Shown here: piece by piece, positions 49,550 to 61,683 of the stretch
Numbering within the stretch: position 1 is the first letter of the stretch
Layout of the letters: each line of letters begins with the position of its first letter
Assembly: GCF_048593235.1 (NCBI RefSeq)
Contig: NC_133618.1
Coordinates: 683,190,361 to 683,254,360 of the forward strand
DNA: 64,000 nt
Reading direction: 5' to 3'
From: Sminthopsis crassicaudata
Lineage: Eukaryota
The notes under the pieces: generated by a model
The model's input: the letters and a program-made list of their open reading frames with translations, nothing else
What the model was told of the DNA's origin: nothing
The model's database searches: none
Made by a program: the position numbers and the translations under genes

Positions 49550-51525
49550 GATCTCACAGTAGGGCAGAAAAGAGGGCTTCTGGTCAGGTTCCTAGTTCTG
49601 AAAACAGCTGCACAAAACCCCTGAAACTTGGGAGGGAACTCTCTATTCTGGAAGCAGAGCCCCGCTTTAATAAAAAGTTAAAAGCTGAGTAACAGAATAG
49701 GAAAATGAGCAGGCAACAGAAAAAAGATTCTGACGATAGAAAGTTACTATTGTAGAGGGCCAGGACTGGGTAAGTCCACATACAAGAAGAGTCCAGTCCA
49801 GATCTCAAGTAATAACTGGAATGGACTCTTTCTGTAAGTGGACTTATTAAATAGTGGTCCTCTACGTGCTATGATGACAAGGAAGGTCAAAACACACTCA
49901 GAAGATAACAAAGTCAATACGCAGAGTCTCCAAGAAAAATAAGAATTGGCTCAGGCTATGAAGAGCTCAAAAGAAATTTTGTAAATAGAGTAAGAGAGAT
50001 AGAGGAACAATTAGGAAAAGAAATGAGAGTGGTACAAAAGGAAATATAACAAGCTAATGAGGAGAAAAAGATCTTAAAATGCAAAATTGACCAAATGGGA
50101 AAGAAGGTACAAAAACTCACTGAGGAAAATAATTCCTTAAAAATTACAATTGAGAAAATGGAAGCTAATGACTTTATGAGAAATTAAGAAAAAATAAAGC
50201 AAAACAAACAAACAAAAAAGAAAAATAAGCAAGGGAAATGTGTAATATCTCCTTGGAAAAACAACTGACCTGGAAAATAGATCCAGGAAAAATAGCTTAA
50301 AAGTTATTGTTCTACAGGAGGTCATTATATACTTCAACAATACTACACGATGACCAATTGCCACCAATAGAGCAGTAATGAATTGAACAGCTACACCCAG
50401 CAAAAGAACTCTGGGAGATAACTATGAACCACTACATAGAATTCCCAATCCCTCTATTTTTGTCTGCCTGCATTTTTGATTTCCTTCACAGGCTAATTGC
50501 ACACTGTTTCAAAGTCTGATTCTTTTTGTACAGCAAAATAACTGTTTGGACATGTATACATATATTGTATTTCATTTATATTTTAACATATGTAACATGT
50601 ATTGGTCAACCTGCCATCTGGGGGGAAGAGGTGGGGGGAAAGAGGGGAAAAATTGAAACAAAAGGTTTTGCAATTGTCAATGACGAAAAATTACCCATGC
50701 ATATATCTGGTAAATAAAAAGCTATAGTAAAAAGAAAAAGAAAAAAAGTTATTGGTCTACTTGAAAGTTATAGTCAAAAAAGGAGCTTATACATTATCTT
50801 TCAAGAAATTATCAAGGAAAACTTATGTTTTTCTAGAACCAGAATGTAAAATAGAAATTGAAAGACTCCATGGATCATATCCTAAAAGAGATTCCAAAAT
50901 GAAAACTCCCAGAAATATTATAGCCAAATTCCAGAACTCTTAGGTCAAAGAGAAAATATTGCTAGTATCCAGAAAGAAAGAACTCAAGTATAGTGGGGCC
51001 ACAGTCAGAACAACACTAGATTTAGCAGCTTCTATATTAAAGAAACATAAGACTTGAAATACGGTATTCCAGAGAGCAATGGAGCTAGGATGACAACCAA
51101 GAATCACCTACCCAACAACACAATAATTCTTCAGGGAAAATGATGGATATTCACTGAAAAAAGAGGATTTTCAGGCATCCACAATGAAAAGACCAAAGCT
51201 GAATGGAAAATTTGATTAAAAAAAAACCAAAAAACAAAAACACTATTCAGGAGAAGCATAAGAGGGTAATCAGGAAGAGATAGCACAAAAGATTAATAAG
51301 GTTTATTTGTTTACAGTCCTACATGGGAGGATGATACTTGTAAACTTATTAGAACTTTCTCATTATTATGGCAGTTTGAAGGAATATAGAGAGAGGCTCC
51401 AGGTGTGAGTTGAATATGAAGGTATAATATCTTTTAAAAAAGGAAATGAAAGGGTGAGAGAGGAATATACTTGGAGAAAGGGAAAAAGAAAAGTGGAATG
51501 GTATAAATTATCTGCCATAAAAAGA

Positions 51526-51560
<35 letters not shown>

Positions 51561-52460
51561 TTTACAGTGGAGGGAAAGGGTGAGGAGAGGGTGAGTCAGT
51601 GAACTCTTACTCTCATCAGAATTGGTTCAAAAAAGAAATAACATAATACAGTTGATATGAGTCTAGAACTCTTATCTTGCAGGAGAATAGGAGGGGAATG
51701 AGATACAGGAAGGGGCAAGGGTGATAAAAGAGTGGGCATATTGAGGGAGGGAGTGGTCAATAGCAAAACACTTTTGAAGAGGGCTAGGGTAAAAGGAGAG
51801 AGAGAACAGAATAAATAGGGGGGACTACAGTTAGCAATAATAATTGTAAAAAGAATTTTGAAGCAGATTTCTCATGTCTTAAAAGAAACAGTCAATTTTA
51901 TTAAAAAAATAAGAGCTATGCCTCAACTGATAAATGATCAAAAGATATGATCTCTGCACAAAGGGCTATTAATTCATGAATATCCTATGACCTAACAATA
52001 CTACTACTTGGTGTGAATGCCAAAAGATGTTTTTAAAAAAGGAAAATGACCTATATGTGCAAAAATTATTCATAGCAGTTCTCTTCTCAGGGCAAAAAAT
52101 TGGAAATTGAGGGCATGTCCATCAATTTGGGAATGGCTAAATAGTTATGTGTTTAAACTGGAATAGTATTGTTCTATAGGAAATGATAGTCAGGATGCTC
52201 TAGAAAAAACCTGGAAAGTCATCCAAGAACTCAAGCAAAGTGAAATGTATTGTATACAAAGTAATACAATGTTTTGGATTGATCAGTTGTAAATGACTTT
52301 GTTATTCTCAGCAGTTCAATGATCCAGGACTATTCTGAAGGACTTATGATGAAAAGTCCTATCCAGACCCAGGGAAGGAACTGATTGTATCTGAATGCAG
52401 ATTGAAGCATGCTCTCTATCTTTTAGTTTATTTTTCTCTTGAGGTTTTTTCTTTCTTTCT
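49550..52460 (+). mobile_element. internally deleted L1 (5' UTR/ORF1, inter-ORF region, then 3' end)
   Basis: ORF1-like MSRQQK start near 49705, TDLENRSR near 50260, ORF1 C-terminus to ~51230, 3' UTR-like sequence from ~51960. Confidence 0.8.
50316..50743 (+). mobile_element. 5'-truncated L1 nested within L1 ORF1
   Basis: L1 3' UTR with A tail flanked by a 17-bp TSD aaaagttattg(t/g)tctac (50299-50315 and 50744-50760). Confidence 0.85.
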
Positions 52461-52529
52461 TTTGTTAGAGTGGGAGATAGATGGTTTGTTTTGTTTTCCT
52501 CACAGCATTACTTTTTTGGAAATGTTTTT

Positions 52530-52850
52530 ATTTTATTTATTAATTTTTTATTAAAGCTTTTTATTTTCAAAACATATACATGGATAATTTTTCAACATTG
52601 ACTCTTGAAAACCTTGTGTTCCAAATTTTCTCCTCCTTCCCCCCTCTTCCTCCCCTAGATGTCAAGAAATCCAATATACGTTAAACATATTAAAATATAT
52701 GTTAAATCCAATATATGTATACATATTTATGCAATTATCTTGCTGCACAAGAAAAATCAGATCAAAAAAGGGAAAAATGAGAAAAAAAATGCAAGCAAAG
52801 AACAACAAAAAGAGTGAAAATGCTATGTTGTGATCCACACTCAGTTATAT
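52530..52850 (-). mobile_element. L1 3' end, antisense
   Basis: ttattaaagctttttattttcaaaacatatacatgg... is the antisense of the L1 terminal motif. Confidence 0.75.
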
Positions 52851-52994
52851 GGAAATGTTTTGCATAATTTCACATGTGGTTTCTTGATGGGGGCTGGGGG
52901 AGAGAACCTGGAACTCAAAAGTTTTCATAACAAATTGTTTTAAATATAAGTGAGGAAAAATACTACATAAATTTAAACAAAAGAAAAAAGAAGT

Positions 52995-53485
52995 GGGAGA
53001 AAGCTATCTGATGAGGCTTTGCAGAAAGCTGAGGAAAGAAGGAAAAGAGAAAAGACACACCCAACTCAATGCCAAACTCCAGAGAATAGCACCCAGAGAT
53101 GAGATTTCCTCTGATGAACAATGTAAAGGCAGAAGAAAGCAATCCAATGGGAAAGACAAAGGTCTCAAGAAAAGTAGAGATATCAAGGGAACATTGTGCA
53201 AAAATGGGCACGATAAAAAAAAAAAATGCTAAGGACTTTACTACTGGAAGAGATTAAGAAGAGGTCTCAAGAATACTAGAACTGCCTAAGAAAGATCCTA
53301 GCCTCCCTGCTAACCAGGATGGTCTAGTCTGATCCAGAGCCAGAGAATAGGGTTCCCAGCACCCAGGAAGCACTGGTAATAATAAGGTTAGTGAAGGTAA
53401 TGGAATTCCAACCCAGCTACTTAAAACCCTAAAAGACGCTGCACTCCAAGTTTGGAAAGCCAACAATGGCCACTGCATGGGAAGG
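52995..53485 (+). mobile_element. RTE (BovB-like) LINE ORF fragment
   Basis: translates to RTE-like EALQKAE..HTQLNAKLQRIA..D..MGK..KK.RDIKGT..KMG and ..QVWK.QQWP with frameshifts. Confidence 0.75.
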
Positions 53486-54049
53486 GATCAGTCTGTGTCC
53501 CAGCCCTAAGAAGAGTAATGCCGGGGAATGCTCAGATTACTCAGCCATGGCACTCATTTAATTTGCCAGCAAGGTTAGGCTTAAGAAGCTGCAAGCTAGA
53601 CTTGAGCACCAGGTCAATCATGGAGTCCCAAAGGAGCAGGCTGGTTTGGGGAGAGGCAGAGGGACGACAGACCAAGTTACCTCCTTCCCTGGATTATATA
53701 GAGAAAGGAAGGGAGTGCCTGGAAACATCTAGCTCTGCTCCATTGGCTAACTAAAGCCTTTGGCTAGAGGGGTCCCAGCAAAAGGTGGCAAGTCCTCCAA
53801 GACATGGGAGCACCCCATCATCGCTTGTCTCCTGAGGAGCCACGAAGCAACAGTTAAAACTGAACCGGGAACAGGTTTAAGATTGGAAAGCCATCTAGCA
53901 TCACTTGGACACAGAGCATTTTGGGAGAAATGCTAGGATGGATGAGTCAAAAGCTGGAATCGAGCTTGCCAGGGGCCGGGCACTGGACACTACGAAATGT
54001 GTTGCAAAAATTATCATATCTGAGCTCCAAACCTCCCTGGGAGGTGGGT

Positions 54050-54160
54050 GCTCTTATTCTCTGCACTTGACAGTTGAGAAAACTGAGGCAGGTAGAAGTT
54101 GAGTGCCTTGCCCAGTTCACAAAGCTAGTAAACTGTCTGGATTTGAAGTCAGGTCATCAT
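54050..54160 (+). mobile_element. MIR/CORE-SINE fragment
   Basis: tgacagttgagaaaactgaggc...gtgccttgcccagttcacaaagctagtaaa...ggatttgaagtcagg. Confidence 0.55.
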
Positions 54161-55149
54161 CCCTATTACTCTGATACCTCCTCTCCAGTGCCATAGAAAT
54201 CCACCTTGGAAGTTTACTCCATCTCAGACTAGAAGTTAGCCTCCATCCCTCATGGGCTCAACAGCTGATTGGCTGGTGACTCCACCTCATTTTTGTGCAT
54301 CCCCACCCTGTCTTTTGTACTGTGCTGTTCCATTAGCAGGCAAGCTCCCTGAGGACAGGAATGCTCTCTCTTTTTCCTTATATTCCTGTGCTCCACTTAC
54401 CTATCTGGCTCTGGACCCAGACTGTGCAATCTGGAGGCAGGAGTGTCTGCACAGGTATGGGATCGAATCACCCTGATATCCTTTCCATGTGACAGGGGTG
54501 TTCAAGGTGGCCAAGATATTCTGGCCCTGCCCTGGGGAACAGGGTGAACACTTGACAACACAGAGTTATTCATTGTTCCTATGTGGGGGATTTGATATCA
54601 ATTTTTAATTTTCTTTGACTTGTTCTCCCTGGACTGAATTCTAGCCTGGTTTTATATGTGTGTGTGTTAGAGTCTATAAGGGAAGAATTTGATATTTCTA
54701 CATTTTTATACTTATTTATAATTTACCTGTGTCTTATTACATAATCCATTTGTGTAAAGGTGGATTGGCCAAAAACACTGAGTAAGAAAAACCACTGAGG
54801 CATAATCCAAAGCAAGAGCATTTCCAAAAGGGTCTGTGGTCCTCTCTAATGAAGTTGACCTCAGGCCTTCCTCATGAGCTGACATAGCTCTGATCCCCAG
54901 GACCCTATTTGGTAGGATTTGATACTCAAATAGGCAAAAGAGACAAGGTAAAATATATAATCTCATTGATTGATAGAACTTGTTCTTAGGGGACAAAAAT
55001 GATGTATCAGCAGCAGTGGGGTCACAGGCTGAAGCCTAGAAGATGGTCACCTGTTCATATTGGATAAGAGAGAGTGGTCTGAAGATATGGAAATAAGAGG
55101 AACCCGTGCTAGAATTGGTCCAGGAATTTGGGCAAAATAGGGTAGAGAT

Positions 55150-55388
55150 AGCTTTGTCAAGATTAGTTGTACAATAGCAAAATAACTGTTTGGACATGTA
55201 TACATAGATTGTATTTAACTTATACTTTAACATATTTAACATATATTGGTCAACCTGCCATCTTGGGGAAGGGGTGAGGGGAAGGAGGGGAAAAACTGAA
55301 ACAGAAGGTTTTGCAATTGTCAATGCTAAAAAATTACCCATGAATATATTTAAAAAGCTACTAAAAAAAAAAAAAAAAAAAAAAAAAG
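55150..55388 (+). mobile_element. L1 3' end with poly(A)
   Basis: agcaaaataactgtttggacatgtatac...aaaaattacccatg, same family as 50316-50743; long A run at 55364-55387. Confidence 0.8.
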
Positions 55389-55406
55389 ATTAGTTATACA
55401 AGTGAG

Positions 55407-55557
55407 GGGGCAGCTAGGTGGCGCAGTGGATAGAGCACCAGCCCTGAATTCAGGAGGACCTGAGTTCAAATATGGTCTCAGACACTTGACACTTCCTAGC
55501 TGTGTGACCCTGGGCAAGTCACTTAACCCCAGCCCCAGAAAAAAGAAAAAAAAAAAG
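55407..55557 (+). mobile_element. tRNA-derived CORE-SINE (WSINE1-like)
   Basis: ggggcagctaggtggcgcagtggatagagcacc head; 15-bp TSD agtt(a/g)tacaagtgag (55392-55406 and 55558-55572). Confidence 0.92.
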
Positions 55558-56849
55558 AGTTGTACAAGTGAGCTTCATCCCTGGTAAAAAAAAGTAGTGA
55601 AGGTCACATTAAAGTAACTATCAAGGCCTACTATAAGTACCTATCTTATTTGATTGTCCCTCTATGATTTATGTGAAATATCAAACTGATTAATATTGAC
55701 TGAAATGCAGTAATAGTCCTCATGAATCCTATCTCCCAAAGGTATCATGTGAGAAATATGCATATTCTTGTGATACCCCTGATCTTTTAGCAATAAATTC
55801 CCTGACAATTTGTTAAAGGGTAAATTTTACTTTCTGTTGATCTTTTGATTAGATTTGTTCACTTCTGATAGAGGAATGCTGAGGTCTCCTGTTGTGTCAC
55901 TATGCTTTGTTGCCATTTAGTAATTGTTTCTTTCTCCATGTAGATACTATACTACCTTCTGTATAGCCGCAGAACACTGAAATCATTGTTTGGAGATCTT
56001 TTACGTATCTCCTAATTTCCTTGTTTCTCTCTAGTGGTATTGGGAATCTCTACTTTTTGCTTTGTTTCATTGCACAATTACAACTCCTGAGTTTGGGAAC
56101 GTAGCTTATAAATGTGCTTTGCCATACTACTGGCACAGTCGATTTTATTCCAGACTCCTGAGTTGGTTCTGGGTCCTTCCTTGCTCATCTCCAGAGATGC
56201 TTTCCCCCTGTCCTGTTGCCAATTTTGTCCTGGCTTTGTCCTTGGTTCAGTCCCACCATCCACTGCTTTCACCCCTATTCACACAGCTGCAGAAAATGGT
56301 AAACACAGATGGAAGACACCCAATCTGGCCCCTAGCCGCCGTTCCTCAGAGGGCTTCTGAAGAACAGAAGCTTCCTGAGGGCCTTCTCATGTTTCTGGGA
56401 ACTTCTTTTTCATTGTTTCATTATCTTTGCACCCACTATCCAGCACAGTGCCTGCCTCTAAGGGTTCTATAAAGGCATAGTGGTTTAAAGTTCACATCTT
56501 TTAACCCATAGAGCTCACTGCCAGGCAGGTGTAGACCCCACTGAGGTCAGAGACAAGAAAATACTGAAACTGTTGGTTGGGAGCTCACTAGGCCAGCCAT
56601 GGGGAGCTGGGGATGCAAAGAAATGGCCTGGTAGCCACATGAGACAGACAAAGGAGGTGGATCTGTTCTGAGGGGATTTAAAGCACACAAAGCATCTCTT
56701 TGTCTTCTTACCCGGCTCCTCCTCTTGGAGACTTGGGGCAAGAAGTTCATTCTTGGGATAACCTCATCAGGTAGTAAGGACCCACCTGCCTTCCAACTTC
56801 CCCTCCTCCACATCCTGGGCCTCCCAGATCACAGTGTGGGGCCATGAAC

Positions 56850-57060
56850 CCTTGGTGTGCCCATTCGGTCCTTTCAGTCCTGTCCAACTTTTCAGAACCA
56901 CATTTGGCGTTTTCTTGGCAAAGATACTGGAGTTTTGGGCCGCTTTTCTAGCCCATTTTACAGCTGAGGAAACTGCAGCAAACAGGGGGAAGTGTCTTGT
57001 CCAGGGTCACATAGCTAGAAAGTTTTAAAAGCTGGATTTGAACTCGGGGAGACCCAGCCC
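56850..57060 (-). mobile_element. MAR1-type SINE fragment
   Basis: gttttcttggcaaagatactggag...cattttacagctgaggaaactg...ccagggtcacatagctag...ggatttgaactc. Confidence 0.65.
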
Positions 57061-58199
57061 TAACCCTCACTTCTGGTGCCTTGTTTATAGACTATGGACT
57101 TTTCTGACTCAGGCTCAGAGCACAGATAGATACAGCCTGGCAGGGCCAAGTGGCTCTCTAAACACAGACTTGCATCTGATTGATAAGCATCCCCCCCCCA
57201 AAAGGCCTCTTTTTGCCCCCCCTCCCCATCTAGGGAAGCCTTCCTTCCAGAGCTTAGCCATGAAATCTCCCTGGGGGAGTTCCCTGTTCACTGTTGGGGC
57301 TGAGTGTTCTGGGGGAGGGACCGGCAGGGGGCTGCTGGTCTCCGTGGGACTCATCCCTTTTCTCCCTTATGAAGTGAAGGCTCTAAGAGCTGCTGCTATC
57401 TGACCAGATCTCATAGCCAACCAAGCAATACTTGTGAGGAGAGACACAAAGAGGCCAGTCTCTTCCCCTTTGACTTCAGTGGGGTATCTGTCCAGCAGGG
57501 AAGTCTCTGAATTAAAAATACATGGGAACAAGATGGAGATAACGGAGGGCATTAACCAGAATCCTGAGGGGCCAGGACAGCTTTCTTGGGGCAGGGACTC
57601 CAGGAAGCCAGAAGAGCGGGAACGGGGTCAGGGAGCATTGGGACCCCTGGGGACCAGAGTCTGGAGACGGGGCACCTGGTCCAAGCCGGGAAGCCAGTGT
57701 CACTGTATCACGCGGGGAGGGGGCCGGTGGAAAGAACTAAAGGCAGAAGAGGATGGTAGATTTGGGGCCCCAAGCAGCTGGTGGTATCGAAAGGGGGAGG
57801 TCACTTTGACAGCTGAGTGGAAGGGGGCCACCCAGCAGCTACTGCTTCAATGGGGGGGGGGGAGTTAGTGCCACAGGAGAGACAGGGACAGAGGTGAGGC
57901 TGACAGGCCTCGGTGCCTTACTGGGGGGAGGCTGGGAAGGGGGAGAGTGAGGAGTCCAAGGGCTCCCAGCCTGAGGGTCTCTGCGGGTGGAGTGAAGCCC
58001 GGAAGCCCGGAAGGTTTTCTGGGCAAGATGAGCGCGGCTTTGGCCCGAGTTGCAGCATGGCTCCGGTTATCAGGAAGGCGCGGAGGTGAGAGATCGGAGA
58101 TCGGGGAGAGATGGGCCAAGATAGGAAGGGGGGAGAATCCACAGCCTGGAGAGGCCAATCGGACCCAAGGAAGTGAAGGGTTCTCCCAATGAGGAGCAC

Positions 58200-59380
58200 C
58201 GAGGGACCAGAGGAGAGAGCCTCGGGCACCTACAGGCAAGGGAGCCGCAGGCCCAGTGGTTAGCCCTCTGTGGGAGAGTCCACGGCTGCGCCGGGGCCCG
58301 AGGGGCGAAGGAGAGGAAGAGCCTGGTCCTGAACTCCCTGATGGAGGAAGCGGACCGCCTGAGGGGGAGGGGTGTAGAGCCTTTCGGCCGTGGCCAACGC
58401 CCGGTGACCCGCGTGTGGGCACGGGCCCCGGAGGGGTCTGTTCCTTCTCTGGCTCGTTTTACCGAGGAGGAAACTGAGGGAGGCCTAAGTGAGCAAGTAA
58501 GGTCTGAGTGGAATTGGGACTCCGCCCTTCTCGCCACCTCCCGGGTCCAGCCGCGGCGGCCGAGGGGCAGGGGCTCGGCCGGGAGAAGCGAGGCCGTTCC
58601 ACCCATTCCTCCGCCCAGAAGCCCCACCCCGCCCCCGGGCTCCCAGTCCCCGGCTCGCGTCGCAGTCAGATGCCTTGGGTGGGGAGGGCCGGGGCCCACG
58701 GGATCCGGATTGGTCGGTAGGGGCGGGGTCCGAAGGGGAGGTCGGCCCGCTCCCGCGGCCGAACTGCTCAAACCCGGACGCCGGGCGTGCTTGGCGCAGC
58801 GGGCCTCTGCGGACCCAAGCCATGGAGCCTTCCCGGCCGTCGACGCCAAGCTGGCCGCAGGGCCCTCCCGCCGACGGCAGTCCTCCCGGGGCCGCGGGGG
58901 GCGCCTTCCCCGAGCCCTGGGCTGCGCCCCTGCCGCCGGACCCCACCGCAGCCGCTCCGCGGGAGAGTCCGGGTGAGATGGGCCGGCCGCGCGCCGCCCC
59001 GAGGCTCCGGGGTGGAGACTGCTTGGAGGGGGGCGGCCGCGGCCGGCCCGGGAGCCCCACTCGATCCGAGGATGGGGGGGCGGCCCCGGGAGGCGGCGCA
59101 GTGGCAAAGGTCGCTGTGAGGTCCGCCCCCGCCCGAATCCCGCAGAGGGGGGGAGGCCGGAAAGTGGAGCCGGTCAGTGGCCGGCGCTCGGCCACTGTCC
59201 CAGGAGCCCGCCCGCAAGGGTGACGGCGCTGCTGAGGCGCCTAGCCACAGGAGAAAGCCGCCTCCGGCCCCTGAAGCAGGGGCCGAGCCCGGCCTCCACT
59301 TAGCCGGGGGGCTCCGGGAATGCCGGCTCGGCCCGGAGCAAGAGGACGCTTGCAGAGGGAAGCCCAGCTAGCCCGAGCCC
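58200..59380 (+). promoter_or_regulatory. CpG island promoter of the NANOG-like gene
   Basis: ATTGG (CCAAT box) at 58709-58713, GGGGCGGGG at 58720-58728, about 100 nt upstream of the ATG at 58822. Confidence 0.6.
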
Positions 59381-61683
59381 GGAGCCTTTTAATGGAAGCG
59401 AGGAAGGAGGAAAAGGAAGGCAGAAACAAGGAGGGAGAAGGGAAGGACTAGGGGGGGAGAAAGGAAGGACAAGGGGGGGAGAAAGGAAGGAAGGCAGAAA
59501 CAAGGAGGGAAAGAGGGAAGGAAGGAAGGCAGAAACAAGGGAAGGAGAANNNNNNNNNNNNNNNNNNNNNNNNNNNNNNNNNNNNNNNNNNNNNNNNNNN
59601 NNNNNNNNNNNNNNNNNNNNNNNNNNNNNNNNNNNNNNNNNNNNNNNNNNNNNNNNNNNNNNNNNNNNNNNNNNNNNNNNNNNNNNNNNNNNNNNNNNNN
59701 NNNNNNNNNNNNNNNNNNNNNNNNNNNNNNNNNNNNNNNNNNNNNNNNNNNNNNNNNNNNNNNNNNNNNNNNNNNNNNNNNNNNNGGCGAGGGGTGGGTC
59801 AAGAGTGGGCTCTGTACCCCCCAGCTACTGGGGGGAATCTTAGCCAGTCCCACTTTGGGCCTGTGTGGGGTGTTGGAGGCTTAGAGGATGTGGGCAGGAG
59901 CAGAGTTCTGCCACAGAAGCATCTGTGGTTGGGCTGGACCCCCCCCAACCCTCTTCCCCAGCTAACCTCTGCACCCCAAGGGTTCCCTGCTTTATCACAA
60001 TGGCTCTTTTGCCTTCCTGGGTGGTCCTGTGTTTGACCCAATTTCAGTTAGCCCTGGCCTCTGTCCCTGAGCCCATTTGGAGTTTTCTTAGCAGAGTAAC
60101 TAGAATGTCTGATCACTTCCTTCTCCAGCCCATGTTACAGTTGACATAACTGAGGCAAATGACGGAATGGACTTGTCCGGAGCCTCACAGGCAGCATTTG
60201 AATTCGGGAATATCCTCCCAGGCGCTGCACTCTGCATGATGCCCTTGGCCCACTTCAGGACCCTCTACCTTTAGTCCGGCTGCCTCCCTTCCCTGTGTGG
60301 TGGGAGAGGAGTGTGGAGGCCAGGGCCTTGATCTCTCCCAAGCCCCAAGAGCATTGTGGCTCAGGCCTGCTTCTCTTCCAGGCAAATGGGACGCCGACCA
60401 AACTCCGGGCCTCTCCTCGCTTTCTCCTCCTCCAGCCTTTGCCCCTGCTCCCCAGTCCCTGAACGCGCTTGTTCACCCTCCTGGCTCCTTGAGCAGCCCC
60501 ACGGTCCAGGAGAATAAGGTGGACCAGAGCAAGGCCAAGAAGCAGAAGACCCGGACGACGTTCACAGAGGAACAGCTGAATTTGCTTCGGAGAGACTTTG
60601 CTGTGTCCAAATATATTACCCCGCAGAGGGGACGCTACTTGGCCCAGCTATTGGGACTTAGTTACAAACAGGTGATCAGCCATTGGAGGGGGGTCTGCAC
60701 TGGCCTCCGTGGTGCCGAGAGGCCAGGAGGCCAGGGAAATGGGCTTTCCCCTTCAGTGTGGTCTACTACAGTATGAATGAGATGGGAGGCTGGGGGAGGC
60801 AGGGGTGTCGGGGAGTCTGGCCTAGACGTGGGGAAGGGGCTGCTGTGGGTGACCAGAAGCTGGCTGTCTTCTCCAGGTTAAAACATGGTTTCAGAACCAA
60901 AGACTGAAAACAAAGAGGCCACAGATGGTCCTTGTGTCCTCGCCACATGACCCGAGGCTGCCCCAGGTAAAGAGGCTCCCCCTGGCCTTGGGCTTCCCTG
61001 CGTCCTGGGAGGGGGCGGGGTAGGGCCCCTGTGGGGGTCCATTCCTTCAGGTAACCCATCTCCCCTTCTTTTAGCTGGGACCGGCCATCAGACCACAAGG
61101 CTTCAGGCTCTCCTCTTCATTTCACACGGACCCTGGAAACAATCATCCCGGAAACTATTCAGGATGGAGTGACCGGGGTCCCGAAGGCTGTCTCCCCAAT
61201 TACGGAGAGGCATCCTTCCCTTACCCAGATGGCCCTCCAACACCCCTCCACTACCCGCCAGGGGGCCCCATGAGGCACGCTGGCTGGAGCTGCCCCACGG
61301 GGCCACAGAGCAGTGCGGCGGGGGCCCCCATGGGGCACGCTGGCTGGAGCTGCCCCACGGGGCCACAGAGCAGTGTGGCGGGGGCCCCCATGGGGCACGC
61401 TGGCTGGAGCTGCCCCACGGGGCCACAGAGCAGTGCGGCGGGGGCCCCCATGGGGCACGCTGGCTGGAGCTGCCCCACGGGGTCACAGAGCAGTGCGGCG
61501 GGGCCCCCCATGGAGCACGCTGGCTGGAGCTGCCCCACGGGGCCACAGAGCAGTGCGGCCGCTTGTGGCCCGCTGGGCATGCAGAGGCAACTGGCGCCCC
61601 TCCCCAGCGCCTCTGAAGCCGGCTCTGCTTACAGGCCAGCCCCGGGCGGCAGTGGAGCCATCCTACCCGGTGGGCAAAAGTGA
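58822..61683 (+). CDS. divergent NANOG-family homeobox protein, 379 aa, 4 exons
   Basis: exons 58822-58972 (GCCATGG, 151 nt, phase 1), 60382-60671, 60877-60966, 61075-61683 (1140 nt, open). Homeodomain KQKTRTTFTEEQLNLLRRDFAVSKYITPQRGRYLAQLLGLSYKQ|VKTWFQNQRLKTKRPQ has the NANOG-diagnostic KQKTRT and LSYKQVKTWFQNQR; intron phases 1,0,0 are as in NANOG. Symbol left blank because orthologue versus paralogue is unresolved. Confidence 0.85.
59400..59549. repeat. purine-rich (GAAGG/GGAG) low-complexity repeat flanking a gap
   Basis: recurrent ggaaggcagaaacaagg units; runs into Ns. Confidence 0.8.
59550..59785. other. assembly gap (N run) in intron 1 of the NANOG-like gene
   Basis: 236 N. Confidence 1.
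61261..61560 (+). repeat. coding 60-bp tandem repeat x5 (20-aa unit MGHAGWSCPTGPQSSAAGAP)
   Basis: five near-identical 60-bp units in frame within exon 4. Confidence 0.95.

Noticed and set aside
56505-56565. Minus-strand peptide SGVYTCLAVSSMG resembling an Ig-domain motif
   Set aside because: Isolated; followed immediately by a stop, with no upstream Ig strands or first cysteine
60382-60966. Calling the homeobox VENTX because of the human neighbourhood
   Set aside because: The sequence has NANOG-type KQKTRT and YKQVKTWFQNQR rather than VENTX-type RVRTAF and EVQIKTWFQNRR, plus a NANOG four-exon layout and C-terminal similarity
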